Of a stretch of DNA of 56,170 bases, positions 9,801-19,680 are shown piece by piece. Under the pieces are notes generated by a model, which saw only the letters and a program-made list of their open reading frames with translations, did no database searches and was not told the origin of the DNA. Every line of letters begins with the position of its first letter. Positions within the stretch are counted from its first letter, which is position 1. Source of the DNA: Thermoproteota archaeon. GTDB lineage: Archaea > Korarchaeota > Korarchaeia > Korarchaeales > Korarchaeaceae. The DNA lies in assembly GCA_027491415.1 (NCBI GenBank), contig JAOZFH010000035.1, forward strand, positions 1 through 56,170. Reading direction: 5' to 3'. The translations under genes were made by a program, and so were the position numbers.

Positions 9801-10974
9801 CGGCCACCACCTCTGCCTCCCGCAGGGTGTTGCCCACCCCGACCGTGTTCCCTATACCGGCAACGATGATCACGTCACCGGGCTTCGTCCCCTCCCTTAT
9901 CGTTCTCCTGACCCTCTCGATGACCTTGTCGACGGCCTCGGCTATCTCCTGAGCCATGGGAGTGATGGCCTCAAGCAGGTCCTGCTTGATCACTATGGAG
10001 TGTACGGGGATCGAGTACTGAGAGGCGACCTCCTCGATCTTCCACTTCTCCGGGCCGGGGTCCCCGATGGCCGCGCCGGAGCCCTCGGCCACCTCGCCGG
10101 TGGGCTCGCCCTCCAGCTTCGTGGCCGCGTCTATCATGACGATCTTCGCCACCTTTCCGCCCCTGGACTCCACGATCCTCCTGATGGCCTCTCCCGGCTT
10201 GCCGACTTCCCCTCCGGGCCCCTTGGCCTTGACGACGATGACCCTCCTGTCCTCCAGCTCCACCTCAGCGGCGACCACGTTCTTGGCGACCTCCTCCACG
10301 GGGGCACCGCCTATCAGCCTGAGGGCGACCAGGGGGCCTATGCTGTCTCCAACAGGCACTCCCCTCTGAAACGCCGTCGAGGAGCGCCAGTAGGCCCTGG
10401 CGATTCGCATGATCTCCGGCAGCTGCATCTGGACCTGAGCGATGTAGATCCAGTTCTGGGTCTTCCTGCCCAGCAGGTAATAGTGTCTGACTATCCTGAA
10501 GATCAGATCGAGAACTATGACGCCCTCGAGCTGATCCCTCAGGTTGGCCCTCTTCACGCTGTCGGCCCTGGGGGCTGCCCTCTCTACGAACCTGCTGAGG
10601 GAGTCCTCGGCCTCGTCCAAGATGTTCTCAAGCCTCCTTATGGCGCCGGTCGGGTCGAGCGTGACGGGCGAGATTGTGAAGAAGCCCTTCGCCTCCTGGA
10701 GGATCTTCTTGACCCTCTCTCCGTCTCCGCCGAACTTGGAGGCCTCTTGGAGGAAGGTGTCGGAGGCCTCCCTGGTCAGCTGCTGCAGCTGGCCCAGCGC
10801 CCTGGCTATCTGGTTCATCCACATCTGGACCTGCAGCTTGCTGCCGTATATGTTCAGCACGGCGATCATGATCATGAAGATTATCCAGTTCAGCCAGCTG
10901 TCTCCCAGGTCGCCCGCCTGGGCGCCCGTGAGTCCGTCGAGCAGTCCCTTTTCCAACAACCAACTGGGGAGCAA
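9793..10974 (-). CDS. DUF1512-like conserved archaeal protein
   Basis: PVGDSIGPLVA, IDAATKLEGEPTG and AGIGNTVGVG motifs. Start inferred at TTG 10974 after GGAGGG. Confidence 0.75.
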   Translation of the reverse strand: MLPSWLLEKGLLDGLTGAQAGDLGDSWLNWIIFMIMIAVLNIYGSKLQVQMWMNQIARALGQLQQLTREASDTFLQEASKFGGDGERVKKILQEAKGFFTISPVTLDPTGAIRRLENILDEAEDSLSRFVERAAPRADSVKRANLRDQLEGVIVLDLIFRIVRHYYLLGRKTQNWIYIAQVQMQLPEIMRIARAYWRSSTAFQRGVPVGDSIGPLVALRLIGGAPVEEVAKNVVAAEVELEDRRVIVVKAKGPGGEVGKPGEAIRRIVESRGGKVAKIVMIDAATKLEGEPTGEVAEGSGAAIGDPGPEKWKIEEVASQYSIPVHSIVIKQDLLEAITPMAQEIAEAVDKVIERVRRTIREGTKPGDVIIVAGIGNTVGVGNTLREAEVVAVA

Positions 10975-11059
10975 CCCATTCCCTCCCCAAACTTTTCGAG
11001 ACAGGGGGCCGGCCAACGCACATTTAAAGATCAGAGGGAGAAGGGCGGCCTCGATCGGG

Positions 11060-11266
11060 ATGATCGAGGAGAAGTACTGTCCGTTGTTCAGCATGGGTAG
11101 CGGATCGCCCGTCAGGTGCCTGGGAGAGAGGTGCGTGTTCTACCAGAGGGCGGACGGGATGGAGGGGACCTGCGCCCTGCTGGAGGGGCTGTTGGCAGTT
11201 CAAGACCTCTCCCAGCTCGCGGAGGAGATCGTCGCCGCCCAGAGGGTCGAGGAAGAGGGCACCTAA
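11060..11266 (+). CDS. Small Cys-rich hypothetical protein (68 aa)
   Basis: MIEEKYCPLF...RCLGERCVFY...GTCALL; divergent from DUF1512 across an AT-rich gap (CATTTAAAG). Confidence 0.65.
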   Translation: MIEEKYCPLFSMGSGSPVRCLGERCVFYQRADGMEGTCALLEGLLAVQDLSQLAEEIVAAQRVEEEGT

Positions 11267-11289
11267 GCCGGAAAATAGGGGATCACCCG

Positions 11290-11610
11290 TTGAGGGAGCC
11301 AGAAGGTGGAGAGGGGGGAGAGGCGCGAGGGACGGAGGCGGACCCCTGCGCGCTGGTTGAGATGGCGCTCCTCGCATACCTCAGAGTTCACGGGCGGCGG
11401 ATACTGGAGGTCGCAGCGCCCTCCGGACAGTCGGAGGTTAGGATAGCGCTGAGGGCTCTGTTCCGGTACTTCTCCCCCTCAGGGAGGTACAGGAAGCTCG
11501 TGGACGCCCTCAGCGACTGCGACGAGCTTCCCCTTAGGATAGTGGAGGAGGACGGGGAGCCCTCTGCCGTTGTCCCCCTCGAGTACGTGAGGAGGGCTGG
11601 TTCGGAGTGA
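11290..11610 (+). CDS. Hypothetical protein (start uncertain)
   Basis: Coding-like 3' part of ORF 11116..11610; its stop overlaps the next start (GTGA). Confidence 0.5.
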   Translation: MREPEGGEGGEARGTEADPCALVEMALLAYLRVHGRRILEVAAPSGQSEVRIALRALFRYFSPSGRYRKLVDALSDCDELPLRIVEEDGEPSAVVPLEYVRRAGSE

Positions 11611-12275
11611 GGGAATGTGAGGGGCTCGTGGCCTTCGACATGGACGGAACGCTCGTGAAGCTCGAGAGCTCATGGGCGCTCATCCACAGGGCCATGGGGA
11701 CCGAGAGGGAAGCGAGGGTCAACATGGAGAGGTACTACAGGGGCGAGCTCTCCTACGACGAGTGGGCTGAGCTCGACGTGGCTCTGTGGGTGGGCAAGGA
11801 CTTCTCCCCGGCACTGAGGGCAATTGAGGGGGTGGAGCCCGTCGACGGTGCTGGTGAGGCATTGAGGGCGCTAAGGGTGGCAGGGCTCACCGTTGGCGTC
11901 ATCAGCTCCGGGCTCGACTTGGTCCTCAGGAGGTTGGAGTCGCTCCTCGGGTTTCGATTCGACTTTGCGGTGACCAACGAGCTCATCATTGATGGGAGTA
12001 GGCTCGTCGGCTGGAGGGTGAACGTGCCCTTTCACTCCAAGGGTGACGTGCTCCTCCGGGTGGTCAGGCGACTCGACGTTCCCCTCTCCAAGGTTGCGGT
12101 GGTCGGAGACGCGGAGAACGACCTAGGGATGTTCAGGCTGCCGGTGGGGCTAAGGGTGGCGTTCAACCCGGCCTCCGACAGGCTGGAGAGAGAGTCAGAC
12201 GTGGTGGTCAGGTCCAAGAGTCTCATCGACGTCGCGAAGGCCATTGTGGACTGGTGCGAGGGAGATCGCACTTGA
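11607..12275 (+). CDS. HAD-IB phosphatase, phosphoserine phosphatase-like
   Basis: AFDMDGTL, ISSG, K and VGDAENDL motifs. Confidence 0.88.
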   Translation: MRECEGLVAFDMDGTLVKLESSWALIHRAMGTEREARVNMERYYRGELSYDEWAELDVALWVGKDFSPALRAIEGVEPVDGAGEALRALRVAGLTVGVISSGLDLVLRRLESLLGFRFDFAVTNELIIDGSRLVGWRVNVPFHSKGDVLLRVVRRLDVPLSKVAVVGDAENDLGMFRLPVGLRVAFNPASDRLERESDVVVRSKSLIDVAKAIVDWCEGDRT

Positions 12276-12315
12276 TCCGGCAAGGTAATATGGGCGGGTC
12301 TCGCCCTACTTCGAG

Positions 12316-13092
12316 ATGGAGAGACCCGCGGTCATGGGACTCGACGACCCTGCCATCGAGATCATCGGTTCCGTGCTCGCCAACGAAACTGGTAGAAAGG
12401 TTCTGGCGGCCCTAGCGAGTGGGCCGAAGAGCCCGAGCGACGTAGCCAGGGAGCTGGGCCTCCCGTTGACGACCGTCAAGCACCACGTCGACAGGCTCGT
12501 CTCGGCGGGAATCGTCCAACTCGTCGAGACCTCTCCGGGCAGAAAGGGGAGGAAGAGGATCTACGCCCTCAGGTCGCCCGCGCTCGTGATAATCCCCTCG
12601 AGCAGCGAGGGGGCCGCCATCAGGGCGATCCGAGGATGGGTCATGGAGAGGGCCAGCGCGGTGATCTCTCTCAGGAGGCCAATCCTGGCCGGCGTGCTGG
12701 CCGCCATAGTGGTTGGGATTGGGTCCGGACTGCTGGCCACCCAAGCGCTTCTGGCAGCTCCTCCACCTGAACCGACGGCATGGGCCGGTGTGGGTGTGAA
12801 GGAGGTCCCGGCAGCCACTTCAGAGGTCCCCTCGTCACCAACCGAGCCGCTGTATCAGACCCCAGAGGAAAAAGCCGGACTTGACGAACTTGCGGCGCCC
12901 AGAGGAGCCTCAGGGGGCGAGTTAACGGTCATCGCCGTGGCCGTGGTCTGCTCGTCGGCGGCCGGGGCAGCGGTCTTCTGGGCGGCGACCAGGTCACGGC
13001 TGGAAGTCGGGCGGAAGGGGGTCGCCCCTGCAGTGAACGACTCCTCTGTACCTCCGGACGAAGTTGGGGCAGGCGTAGCAGAAGATGAATGA
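12316..13092 (+). CDS. ArsR-family wHTH regulator with two TM segments
   Basis: LANETGRKVL...SPSDVARELGLPLTTVKHHVDRL followed by hydrophobic helices. Confidence 0.8.
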   Translation: MERPAVMGLDDPAIEIIGSVLANETGRKVLAALASGPKSPSDVARELGLPLTTVKHHVDRLVSAGIVQLVETSPGRKGRKRIYALRSPALVIIPSSSEGAAIRAIRGWVMERASAVISLRRPILAGVLAAIVVGIGSGLLATQALLAAPPPEPTAWAGVGVKEVPAATSEVPSSPTEPLYQTPEEKAGLDELAAPRGASGGELTVIAVAVVCSSAAGAAVFWAATRSRLEVGRKGVAPAVNDSSVPPDEVGAGVAEDE

Positions 13093-13254
13093 CACCCTTT
13101 TTCCCAGCACGGGACAGTCGACGGCGTCCTTGGCGAACTTTCTGACGGTGCTCTTGCCGAGCATGTCCTCTATCTTCTTCTTGAGCTCCCTCCTCACCCT
13201 CAGCGCCCTCTCCAGCTTGATGACCTCGACCTCGTACTTGTGATCGGCGGACAT
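12994..13254 (-). CDS. Small conserved Cys-containing hypothetical protein
   Basis: AVDCPVLGKRVSFIFCYACPNFVRRYRGVVHC; strongly coding-like codon usage. Confidence 0.7.
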   Translation of the reverse strand: MSADHKYEVEVIKLERALRVRRELKKKIEDMLGKSTVRKFAKDAVDCPVLGKRVSFIFCYACPNFVRRYRGVVHCRGDPLPPDFQP

Positions 13255-13315
13255 CTCGTCTTCGGGCCCGCGCACCCCTGTCAATTTTTAGGGGTTCGCC
13301 CCGACCCGCCGAGAG

Positions 13316-14028
13316 ATGAGGTCTGTTATATTCGACGTCTGGCACACGCTGATCGAGCCGGCAGCGGGGGACGAGGAGTATTACGGCCTCAGGGTTCGTC
13401 GACTGCTCGAGAGCTGCGGGCTCAACCCTTCCCCCGACCAGCTCTCCCGCGCCTTGGAGGTCTACAGCGAGGTCAGGTCAGAGGTTGAGGCCAAGAGGAG
13501 GACCACCCTGATAGAGGTACCCGCCGAGGAGGAGATCTCCCTGTTCTTTCGGAGGCTGGGCATCGACTGCGCGGTGGGGCCTGAGCAGATGAGGGCGTAT
13601 GCCGAGCCCTTCCTGAGGCTAACGGTCCTGAAGGAGGGGGCCAGGGAGGTCGTCGAGTTCCTGCACCGAGCCGGGCTTGCCCTGGGCACGCTGGCGAACT
13701 CACCCTACGGGGAGATGGTCAGGCTTCGGCTGGAGGCGGCGGGCCTCTCCGGGTACTTCAGGGCGATCGTGTGCTCCGGCGACGTGGGGCGTCGGAAGCC
13801 CCATCCTGTGGCCTTTCGAGCGGTGCTGCGCGGGCTCAACTCTCCCCCGAGTGAGGCCCTCATGGTGGGTGACGACCCGGGGGCCGACGTCGGCGGGGCA
13901 AAGTCAATAGGCATGAGGGCGGTTTGGGTGGTGAGGCCGGGTGTGGCCCCCCCGACGACGCCGACGGCGTCGTCGTGGACCTGAGAGACCTTCTGAGGGT
14001 CGTTCGGGATATGGGGTGGTTGACTTGA
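13316..14028 (+). CDS. HAD-IA hydrolase with an apparent frameshift in a C7 run near the 3' end
   Basis: FDVWHTL, KPHP and MVGDD motifs. The typical C-terminus PDDADGVVVDLRDLL lies in another frame after 13947-13953. Confidence 0.8.
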
Positions 14029-14306
14029 GGAGGAGGATCCTCGACGTTCTAGCCTGTCCCGCCTGCCATCACCACCCGCTCAAGCTCGAGGTCCACTCCG
14101 AGGAGGAGGTCGAGTGGAGTGGTCAGAAGCCGACGAGGCCCCTCTGCGAGCGCTACTGCGCCATGAACGGCGGCCCCCTGCCTGAGGATCCCGAGACGTG
14201 CGTAGAATGCATGAGGCGGGACGTGATGGCCGGGTCGCTTGTGTGCGAGGGGTGCGGGAGGAGGTACGGGATATCGGAGGGAGTCCCCGACCTCCTGATC
14301 TCCTGA
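14025..14306 (+). CDS. Trm112-family methyltransferase activator
   Basis: RRILDVLACPAC...GSLVCEGCGRRYGISEGVPDLL. Confidence 0.85.
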   Translation: MRRRILDVLACPACHHHPLKLEVHSEEEVEWSGQKPTRPLCERYCAMNGGPLPEDPETCVECMRRDVMAGSLVCEGCGRRYGISEGVPDLLIS

Positions 14307-14345
14307 CCGAGAACCTTTTATTTCGAGGTCGAAGGGGGTGACGGG

Positions 14346-14466
14346 CCCCCGGTAGCTCAGTGGCAGAGCGGCCGGCTGTAGGGTCAGGCGAACTCGCCGA
14401 CCTCCGTCGGCGGCCGCTCGCGCAGTAACCGGCAGGTCCCGGGTTCAAATCCCGGCCGGGGGACCA
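14346..14466 (+). tRNA. tRNA-Tyr(GTA) with a 46-nt intron at 37/38 (14382-14427)
   Basis: Acceptor CCCCCGG/CCGGGGG-A-CCA, D arm GCTC/GAGC, anticodon stem GCCGG/CCGGC, TTCAAAT T-loop; bulge-helix-bulge with CTGT:GCAG helix. Confidence 0.95.
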
Positions 14467-14479
14467 CCCCCCGAACAAT

Positions 14480-14878
14480 TCACTCGCCCTCGAGCGCGTG
14501 GAGCCTGCGGAGCACCTCCCTCCCCAGGGTGGTCGCTTCTAGGTCGGCCCCCATCACGGCCCTGGCCGCCGCCCTGAGGTCGTCTACTTTCATCAGGCTG
14601 AGCACGCGCCTAGCCATCCTCCGGAGGATCTCCCACCTGTCTGCCAGTTGATAGAGGTCGACGTCGCCGACCACTAGGCCCGAGCGTATCAGCCTCTCCC
14701 ACGCCGCCCTAAGCGCCTGGTCGCTCAGCAGCTCTAGGCCATCCCGATCGAGCGCGGCGAGAATCGACCAGGCCTCCGCCGAGACATGCGGGGGCGCGGC
14801 GTCGTCCCCTGACATCAGCCCTCGGAGGATTTCTACCAGCCTCGACCTAGTTGGGGGATACCTCACGAGAACATCCAC
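14480..14878 (-). CDS. Hypothetical protein (start uncertain)
   Basis: Helical coding-like ORF directly downstream of the V4R gene. Confidence 0.55.
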   Translation of the reverse strand: MDVLVRYPPTRSRLVEILRGLMSGDDAAPPHVSAEAWSILAALDRDGLELLSDQALRAAWERLIRSGLVVGDVDLYQLADRWEILRRMARRVLSLMKVDDLRAAARAVMGADLEATTLGREVLRRLHALEGE

Positions 14879-14895
14879 CCACTGAGGGTCAGGGA

Positions 14896-15690
14896 CTAGA
14901 TCTTCATTGCCATGACGGAGATCTCGTCGTAAGGATCGCCGAGGGCCTCGCACCTGACCTCCTCACCGACCGTGGGGGTTCTCCATATCGCCGAGATGAA
15001 GCCCGTGAGTACCCCCCTGAGTATGTTGCTCCTCCTCGTCTCGCTCCGCCAGCCCGAGCACTCGAAGGACCCCCGAAGCCTGACAACGGCCCTTCCCTCC
15101 TCCTCCGAGAACTCGACGATCTCGTACCAGCTCATCCACCCGCAGCTCTTGAGGATCCCCAAAAAGAGTTCCAGCATCTCTCTCCCGTCCAGCGCGGCGA
15201 TCTTGACCAGTTTCTGGTAGGAGTCCCTCCCCGCGGCCACTCCCATGTGATAGAGGAAGGCCTCACCCGCCGGACCCCAGTACCTCCTCACCGCCTCGAA
15301 CAGGGATCGGGTGGAGTCCAGCGGTATCACCCCCGCCCTGTCTCCCATGAGCAGGAGGCCGTTGAGGGCGTCGTTCACCCACAGGTCGCCGACCCTTGAG
15401 CCGCCGGCGCGGACCTCAAGTACGCCCTCAATTTCGGCGATCTTGGTCCTCAACTCATCGGCTCGAGTCCCCGGGGGGAGCTCTATCACGAACATCGCAG
15501 CGTACTCCGAACCCACGCTGCCCTGAATGCCGCCCAAGACTCTAGCGCCCTCCTCCTCGAGGGCCCTCATGATCTCGGAGAGCGGGGGATCGTCTGGTTT
15601 CAGTTTGAGACCAAAGATGACCACGTCCCCCTCGAGAGGCCGCGCCAAGGCCGGAAACGGGACGTCAAACATCGAAGGGCCCCCCATCAC
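14896..15690 (-). CDS. ACT + V4R domain protein
   Basis: N-terminal ACT-like fold (IAEIEGVLEV); V4R motifs GSFEC, RGVLTGF and EVRCEALGDPY. Confidence 0.85.
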   Translation of the reverse strand: MMGGPSMFDVPFPALARPLEGDVVIFGLKLKPDDPPLSEIMRALEEEGARVLGGIQGSVGSEYAAMFVIELPPGTRADELRTKIAEIEGVLEVRAGGSRVGDLWVNDALNGLLLMGDRAGVIPLDSTRSLFEAVRRYWGPAGEAFLYHMGVAAGRDSYQKLVKIAALDGREMLELFLGILKSCGWMSWYEIVEFSEEEGRAVVRLRGSFECSGWRSETRRSNILRGVLTGFISAIWRTPTVGEEVRCEALGDPYDEISVMAMKI

Positions 15691-16412
15691 TCGAGCCTCA
15701 TCGGGCCGAGCACTATGAAGCCTGAGTCGGTGATCGCCACCCCGTAGTGCTCCCTGCTGTGCCTAGAGAGCCTCAGCTTCACCACGTTGATCCTGGTGGT
15801 CAGGCCCTCCCTCGTCTCCTCGTGCCTGAGGATGATCAGGCCGTCGGCGATGAACTCCTCCACACCTGACAGGCGAACGGGCCCCAGCATGGGGAGCTCG
15901 GCTATCAGCAGGGTGAGCATCCCGACGTCGTGGGTGATTCTAACGATCATGCTCAGGAGGGGCCTGACCTGCTCCGGCGGGAGGAACTGAAGCATGGCCG
16001 AGACGCTGTCTACCACCAAGAGGTCTGGCTTGGCAGACTCCACCTTGGCGATCATGTTCTCGAGGGCCGTCCGGACGTACTCGGTGGAGGCCGTGAAGGG
16101 CATCAGCTCCTGAAACGTGGCCAGCTTCCTCTCCTCCAGCTCGTGTAAGTCCATGCCGAGCAGCCGGAAGTGGAGGCGGATCTGGTCGGCCGGCTCCGAC
16201 AGGGTCATGTAGAAGAACCTCTCGCCGTGGCGAGTGGCCCTGTGGTAGGCGATCTGACCGGCGAGCGTGGTCTTTCCCGTCCCCGGATTTCCGGCTAGCA
16301 GAATGGCCGAGGGCCTTGGGAGCCCACCTCCCACTATCTCGTCGAAGCCCGGGACTCCCGTGTCAACCCTCTTTATCTCGGCCACTCTCTCCCCTGACAA
16401 ACCCATCACCAC
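15687..16412 (-). CDS. Single-domain KaiC/RAD55 family ATPase
   Basis: TGVPGFDEIVGGG, GNPGTGKT, VVDS, EFIADGLIIL and VVKLR motifs. Confidence 0.92.
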   Translation of the reverse strand: MVMGLSGERVAEIKRVDTGVPGFDEIVGGGLPRPSAILLAGNPGTGKTTLAGQIAYHRATRHGERFFYMTLSEPADQIRLHFRLLGMDLHELEERKLATFQELMPFTASTEYVRTALENMIAKVESAKPDLLVVDSVSAMLQFLPPEQVRPLLSMIVRITHDVGMLTLLIAELPMLGPVRLSGVEEFIADGLIILRHEETREGLTTRINVVKLRLSRHSREHYGVAITDSGFIVLGPMRLE

Positions 16413-16564
16413 CGATTTAAGGGGCCTCGGGCCTTTCGAGCCTCATCATATCTCGGTGATCACCTCCAACCTCATCGGCCCCCAGTAGCCCTTTGGGGAT
16501 ATATATTCAATTTTCCCGGGAGATGATGGGCAGCTAATCCACGCTACGTCGGTGATTGGGTACC

Positions 16565-17974
16565 TCATCTTTTCCGGGCGGAGAGCGCCTCCTCCTTCGG
16601 TTTGCTCGTCGCGCTTGAAAGCCTCAGATCAACGATCTCGCTGGCGATCATCTCAAATTCGGCGAGCTCACTCTCTGAGTGAGCCTCGGGGAATATCGTC
16701 GCGAACATGATCGCCCCGGACGACTTCAACTTGGGTTGGACGGAGGACAACATCTCCACAACCCTCTCGTGGCCGTTGACCGCCACCAGGTCGGTCAGGC
16801 TGTCCAGAATTATCACCGCCCCCTTCACCTCGGCCAGCCTGTGCAGGGCCCCGCTGACGTGCTGGACGTCAACCGGGATCCTGAACGTCCGGACCCCGGG
16901 GTTCCCAAGGTCGTGCCCGTCGGCAAACGTCGACAGGTGAATGACCAGCTCCGCCTCTTCGGTTAGGGGCCCAAATAAATCCAGTAGGGAGCCTCTCCGC
17001 GTCAGCAAGATTGCTGGGCGGCCATTGGGTAGAGACGTCTTTAGAGAGAGGTACAGCCTCTCGATGAACCGGGCTCCAGGCGTCCCCTCCACCAGGTAGA
17101 CCCCAGACTTATCGACCTGGAACTCCACCGGGGAGGGGGCCAGCAGGGACGTCGAGCCAGAGAAGTAGAGGAGTGGCGGGAGGGCCAGGGCGCCCGCTGC
17201 CACCGCGGAGCCGCGCCCCCAGATGCTGACCAGGATGGGGGGGAGGTAGATCAGGTCGTCCGCCAGCATGACCAGCGAGGCGGTCAGCCCGGCCAGGTAC
17301 CCGCCAAGCAGGCTGGATATGAGCCACCTGCTCGGGCCCCTCATCCCAGGCACGATCGTCGACAGTCTCATCGCGGGCAAGGAGAGCACCAGGACGAACG
17401 CCAGGTGGACGAGGGCGTCCGGCATCTCCGGCGTTGGCCTGAGGCCGTACTCCCACCCGAGGAGTCTCTGCGCCGCCGCCGCGGCCGGGGCTCCCAGCAC
17501 CCAGATAACCGAGGCTCCGAGGAGGTTGACCCTGGGGGGCGGCCTCAGGTACCGCAAAAACGCGGCCAACTTTGTGACGGCAGTCGAGATGAACCACGAC
17601 ATCCCCAGAGCGCCGACCACGAGGCTGGCCGCCCCCAGCGCCCTGGTCGCGGGGGTGAGCTCGAACGTAGCGCGCATCAGCATTACGTAGGTTCCGAAGG
17701 CCAGCAGCAGGGCGCTAGACAGGGAGTGACCCCAGTCGGGCAGGAGGAAGGATTCGACTCTCTCCTTCCAAGTCACGAAGAATGTGAATAGGAGAACCAC
17801 GGTCAACATGGTCGCGCCCGCCCTTAGGAGGAGATCCACCGGATCAAAGGACTTGGGAATCCAGTTTTGAGAATCGTAGATCGTGTACGCAAATGCGGCG
17901 GCTATCCAGGCTCCCGAGAGACCCAGTGAGATCACTACCGTCCTGAGGGGATCCCTGTGGGCTAGATGGCTCAT
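16565..17974 (-). CDS. Multi-TM protein with C-terminal inactive RecA/KaiC-like (DUF835-like) domain
   Basis: About 7-8 TMs, then GVYLVEG (degenerate P-loop), ILLTR and VIILDSLTDL. Confidence 0.65.
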   Translation of the reverse strand: MSHLAHRDPLRTVVISLGLSGAWIAAAFAYTIYDSQNWIPKSFDPVDLLLRAGATMLTVVLLFTFFVTWKERVESFLLPDWGHSLSSALLLAFGTYVMLMRATFELTPATRALGAASLVVGALGMSWFISTAVTKLAAFLRYLRPPPRVNLLGASVIWVLGAPAAAAAQRLLGWEYGLRPTPEMPDALVHLAFVLVLSLPAMRLSTIVPGMRGPSRWLISSLLGGYLAGLTASLVMLADDLIYLPPILVSIWGRGSAVAAGALALPPLLYFSGSTSLLAPSPVEFQVDKSGVYLVEGTPGARFIERLYLSLKTSLPNGRPAILLTRRGSLLDLFGPLTEEAELVIHLSTFADGHDLGNPGVRTFRIPVDVQHVSGALHRLAEVKGAVIILDSLTDLVAVNGHERVVEMLSSVQPKLKSSGAIMFATIFPEAHSESELAEFEMIASEIVDLRLSSATSKPKEEALSARKR

Positions 17975-18102
17975 TGTCCAATCCTCTCCTTTCACGGGCC
18001 ATACGCTTACACTTTTTTGATTAATGCTCGCGGTCAAATAATTAAGTCTTTTGAGTCAATGTTAAACCGTAGGCTTGCAAATAGCCACCCGGGAGCTCGC
18101 TG

Positions 18103-19059
18103 CTAAGGTCTGAGGAACACCACCCTCTTGGAGCGGCTCCTGACGATCTCGAGGAGTCTGGGGAGGTCCCTCTCGAGCAAGGTGAATCCGGCGGCGTTCG
18201 GATGACCTCCCCCCCCGAACGACCTGGCTATCTCGAGGGCGTCTATGGGCCCGCCGCGTCGAGATCTCAGGGACACGCGCGAGTCGTTGCCCCTCCACCT
18301 CCCGAGCGTGACGATCAGATCAACTCGATCCCGAAGGGCCTGGTGTATCAGGGGGGACAAATAGCCCGGAATTCTCCTAGCGTCAACGACGGCGACCAGC
18401 CCGGCAGGTCCAGCGTCTCCGACGCGCGACGGCAGCGACGATATCCACCCTATCTCCTCCGAGTTCACCCTCTCAACCTCAGCCCAAGCTCTCTTGACCT
18501 CTGGAATCTCCAACAGCTCCTCCTCTCGCTCGGGTCTGAGCTCCAAGAGGGATCTCACAATGGAGTTCAGGACCCGATCTCTCTTGCCCGTCCAGAATAT
18601 CCTCTTGACGGCAGACGTGAAGGCGGCGGCGCAGAAGCCCATGTCTCCCGAGTCAACCCTAGACGTCAGCTCCACGAGCCCTCCCAGTTCGGGAACGTCT
18701 ATCCTGCCCGCGAACTCTCTCCATATCACGCTCGCAGCCGACGGGGCCCTCGGATCGAGGATCACGACCTCGGCCCTCTCCCGCGCCAGATCCACGTTGG
18801 ACCGATGGTGATCGAAAAGGATCAGGCTGCCGCCAGCGGGCGGAGGCAGGTCGGCGACCACGTGAAAGCTCTTCCGAGACCTCTGAGCCCTGTCCGGGCT
18901 CTCAAACCTCATGCTCACCTCGCCCCCCAGCGCGGCGTAGATCAGGGCGGCGGATGCCAGCCCGTCCAAGTCCTCCCCGTGAGAGAGAACTGAGTACGGC
19001 GGATCCACGCTCGAGGTGAGCCAGTCCAGGATCTCGACGCCGCGCGGGGGCAAGGCCAA
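18103..19059 (-). CDS. DHH/DHHA1 phosphoesterase (NrnA-like)
   Basis: DLDG, DHH, SLRS and GGGGHPNAAG motifs. Confidence 0.9.
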   Translation of the reverse strand: MALPPRGVEILDWLTSSVDPPYSVLSHGEDLDGLASAALIYAALGGEVSMRFESPDRAQRSRKSFHVVADLPPPAGGSLILFDHHRSNVDLARERAEVVILDPRAPSAASVIWREFAGRIDVPELGGLVELTSRVDSGDMGFCAAAFTSAVKRIFWTGKRDRVLNSIVRSLLELRPEREEELLEIPEVKRAWAEVERVNSEEIGWISSLPSRVGDAGPAGLVAVVDARRIPGYLSPLIHQALRDRVDLIVTLGRWRGNDSRVSLRSRRGGPIDALEIARSFGGGGHPNAAGFTLLERDLPRLLEIVRSRSKRVVFLRP

Positions 19060-19125
19060 CTCCTCCGCAGCCGGTCCAGCGCGCGGGGTAAAAATAGTTC
19101 GCGTGGATCACCGGCCGGGAATCGC

Positions 19126-19575
19126 ATGGGGAGAAAGGTGCTGGTCGCGGGAACCTTCGACATCCTCCACCCCGGCCACGCCAGAATGCTTCAGCACGCC
19201 AAGAAACTCGCTGGACCCGACGGGGAGCTGGTCGTTGTCGTCGCGAGAGACGCGAACGTGAGGGTGTTTAAGGGGAGAGAGCCCATTCTCCCGGAGGAGG
19301 AGAGGGTGTTCATGGTCTCCTGCCTGAAGCCCGTTGACAGGGCCATCCTGGGGGATCCAGAAGATCCACTAGCCACGGTAGAGAGAGAGAGTCCAGATAT
19401 CGTCGCGCTGGGGTACGACCAGTGGCCGGACGAGGACTGGATCAGGGGAGAGCTGAAGAAGAGGGGCCTGGACTGTGAAGTCGTGAGGCTGCCGAAGTTC
19501 GGATCCCCGCACGACTCCACGACCGACATAGTTCGTCGAATAGTCGAGGTGTTCTGCGAGGGGGCGCCCTCGTAG
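19126..19575 (+). CDS. ribL: FAD synthase (archaeal cytidylyltransferase family)
   Basis: GTFDILHPGH, VVVARD, ALGYDQ and STT motifs. Confidence 0.85.
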   Translation: MGRKVLVAGTFDILHPGHARMLQHAKKLAGPDGELVVVVARDANVRVFKGREPILPEEERVFMVSCLKPVDRAILGDPEDPLATVERESPDIVALGYDQWPDEDWIRGELKKRGLDCEVVRLPKFGSPHDSTTDIVRRIVEVFCEGAPS

Positions 19576-19613
19576 GAGGGTAAGACTATTATCGGCTCCT
19601 AGAATTATCCACC

Positions 19614-19680
19614 TGCGGCCGGGGCAGGTGCTGGCAGACCTCTGGGGGGCTTCGCCCTTGGCGCTCGACCCCCGGCCGCA
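19614..19680 (+). ncRNA. Candidate small structured RNA of unknown family
   Basis: Perfect 11-bp terminal stem TGCGGCCGGGG/CCCCGGCCGCA with internal hairpins; TATA-like CTATTAT about 25 nt upstream. Confidence 0.35.
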
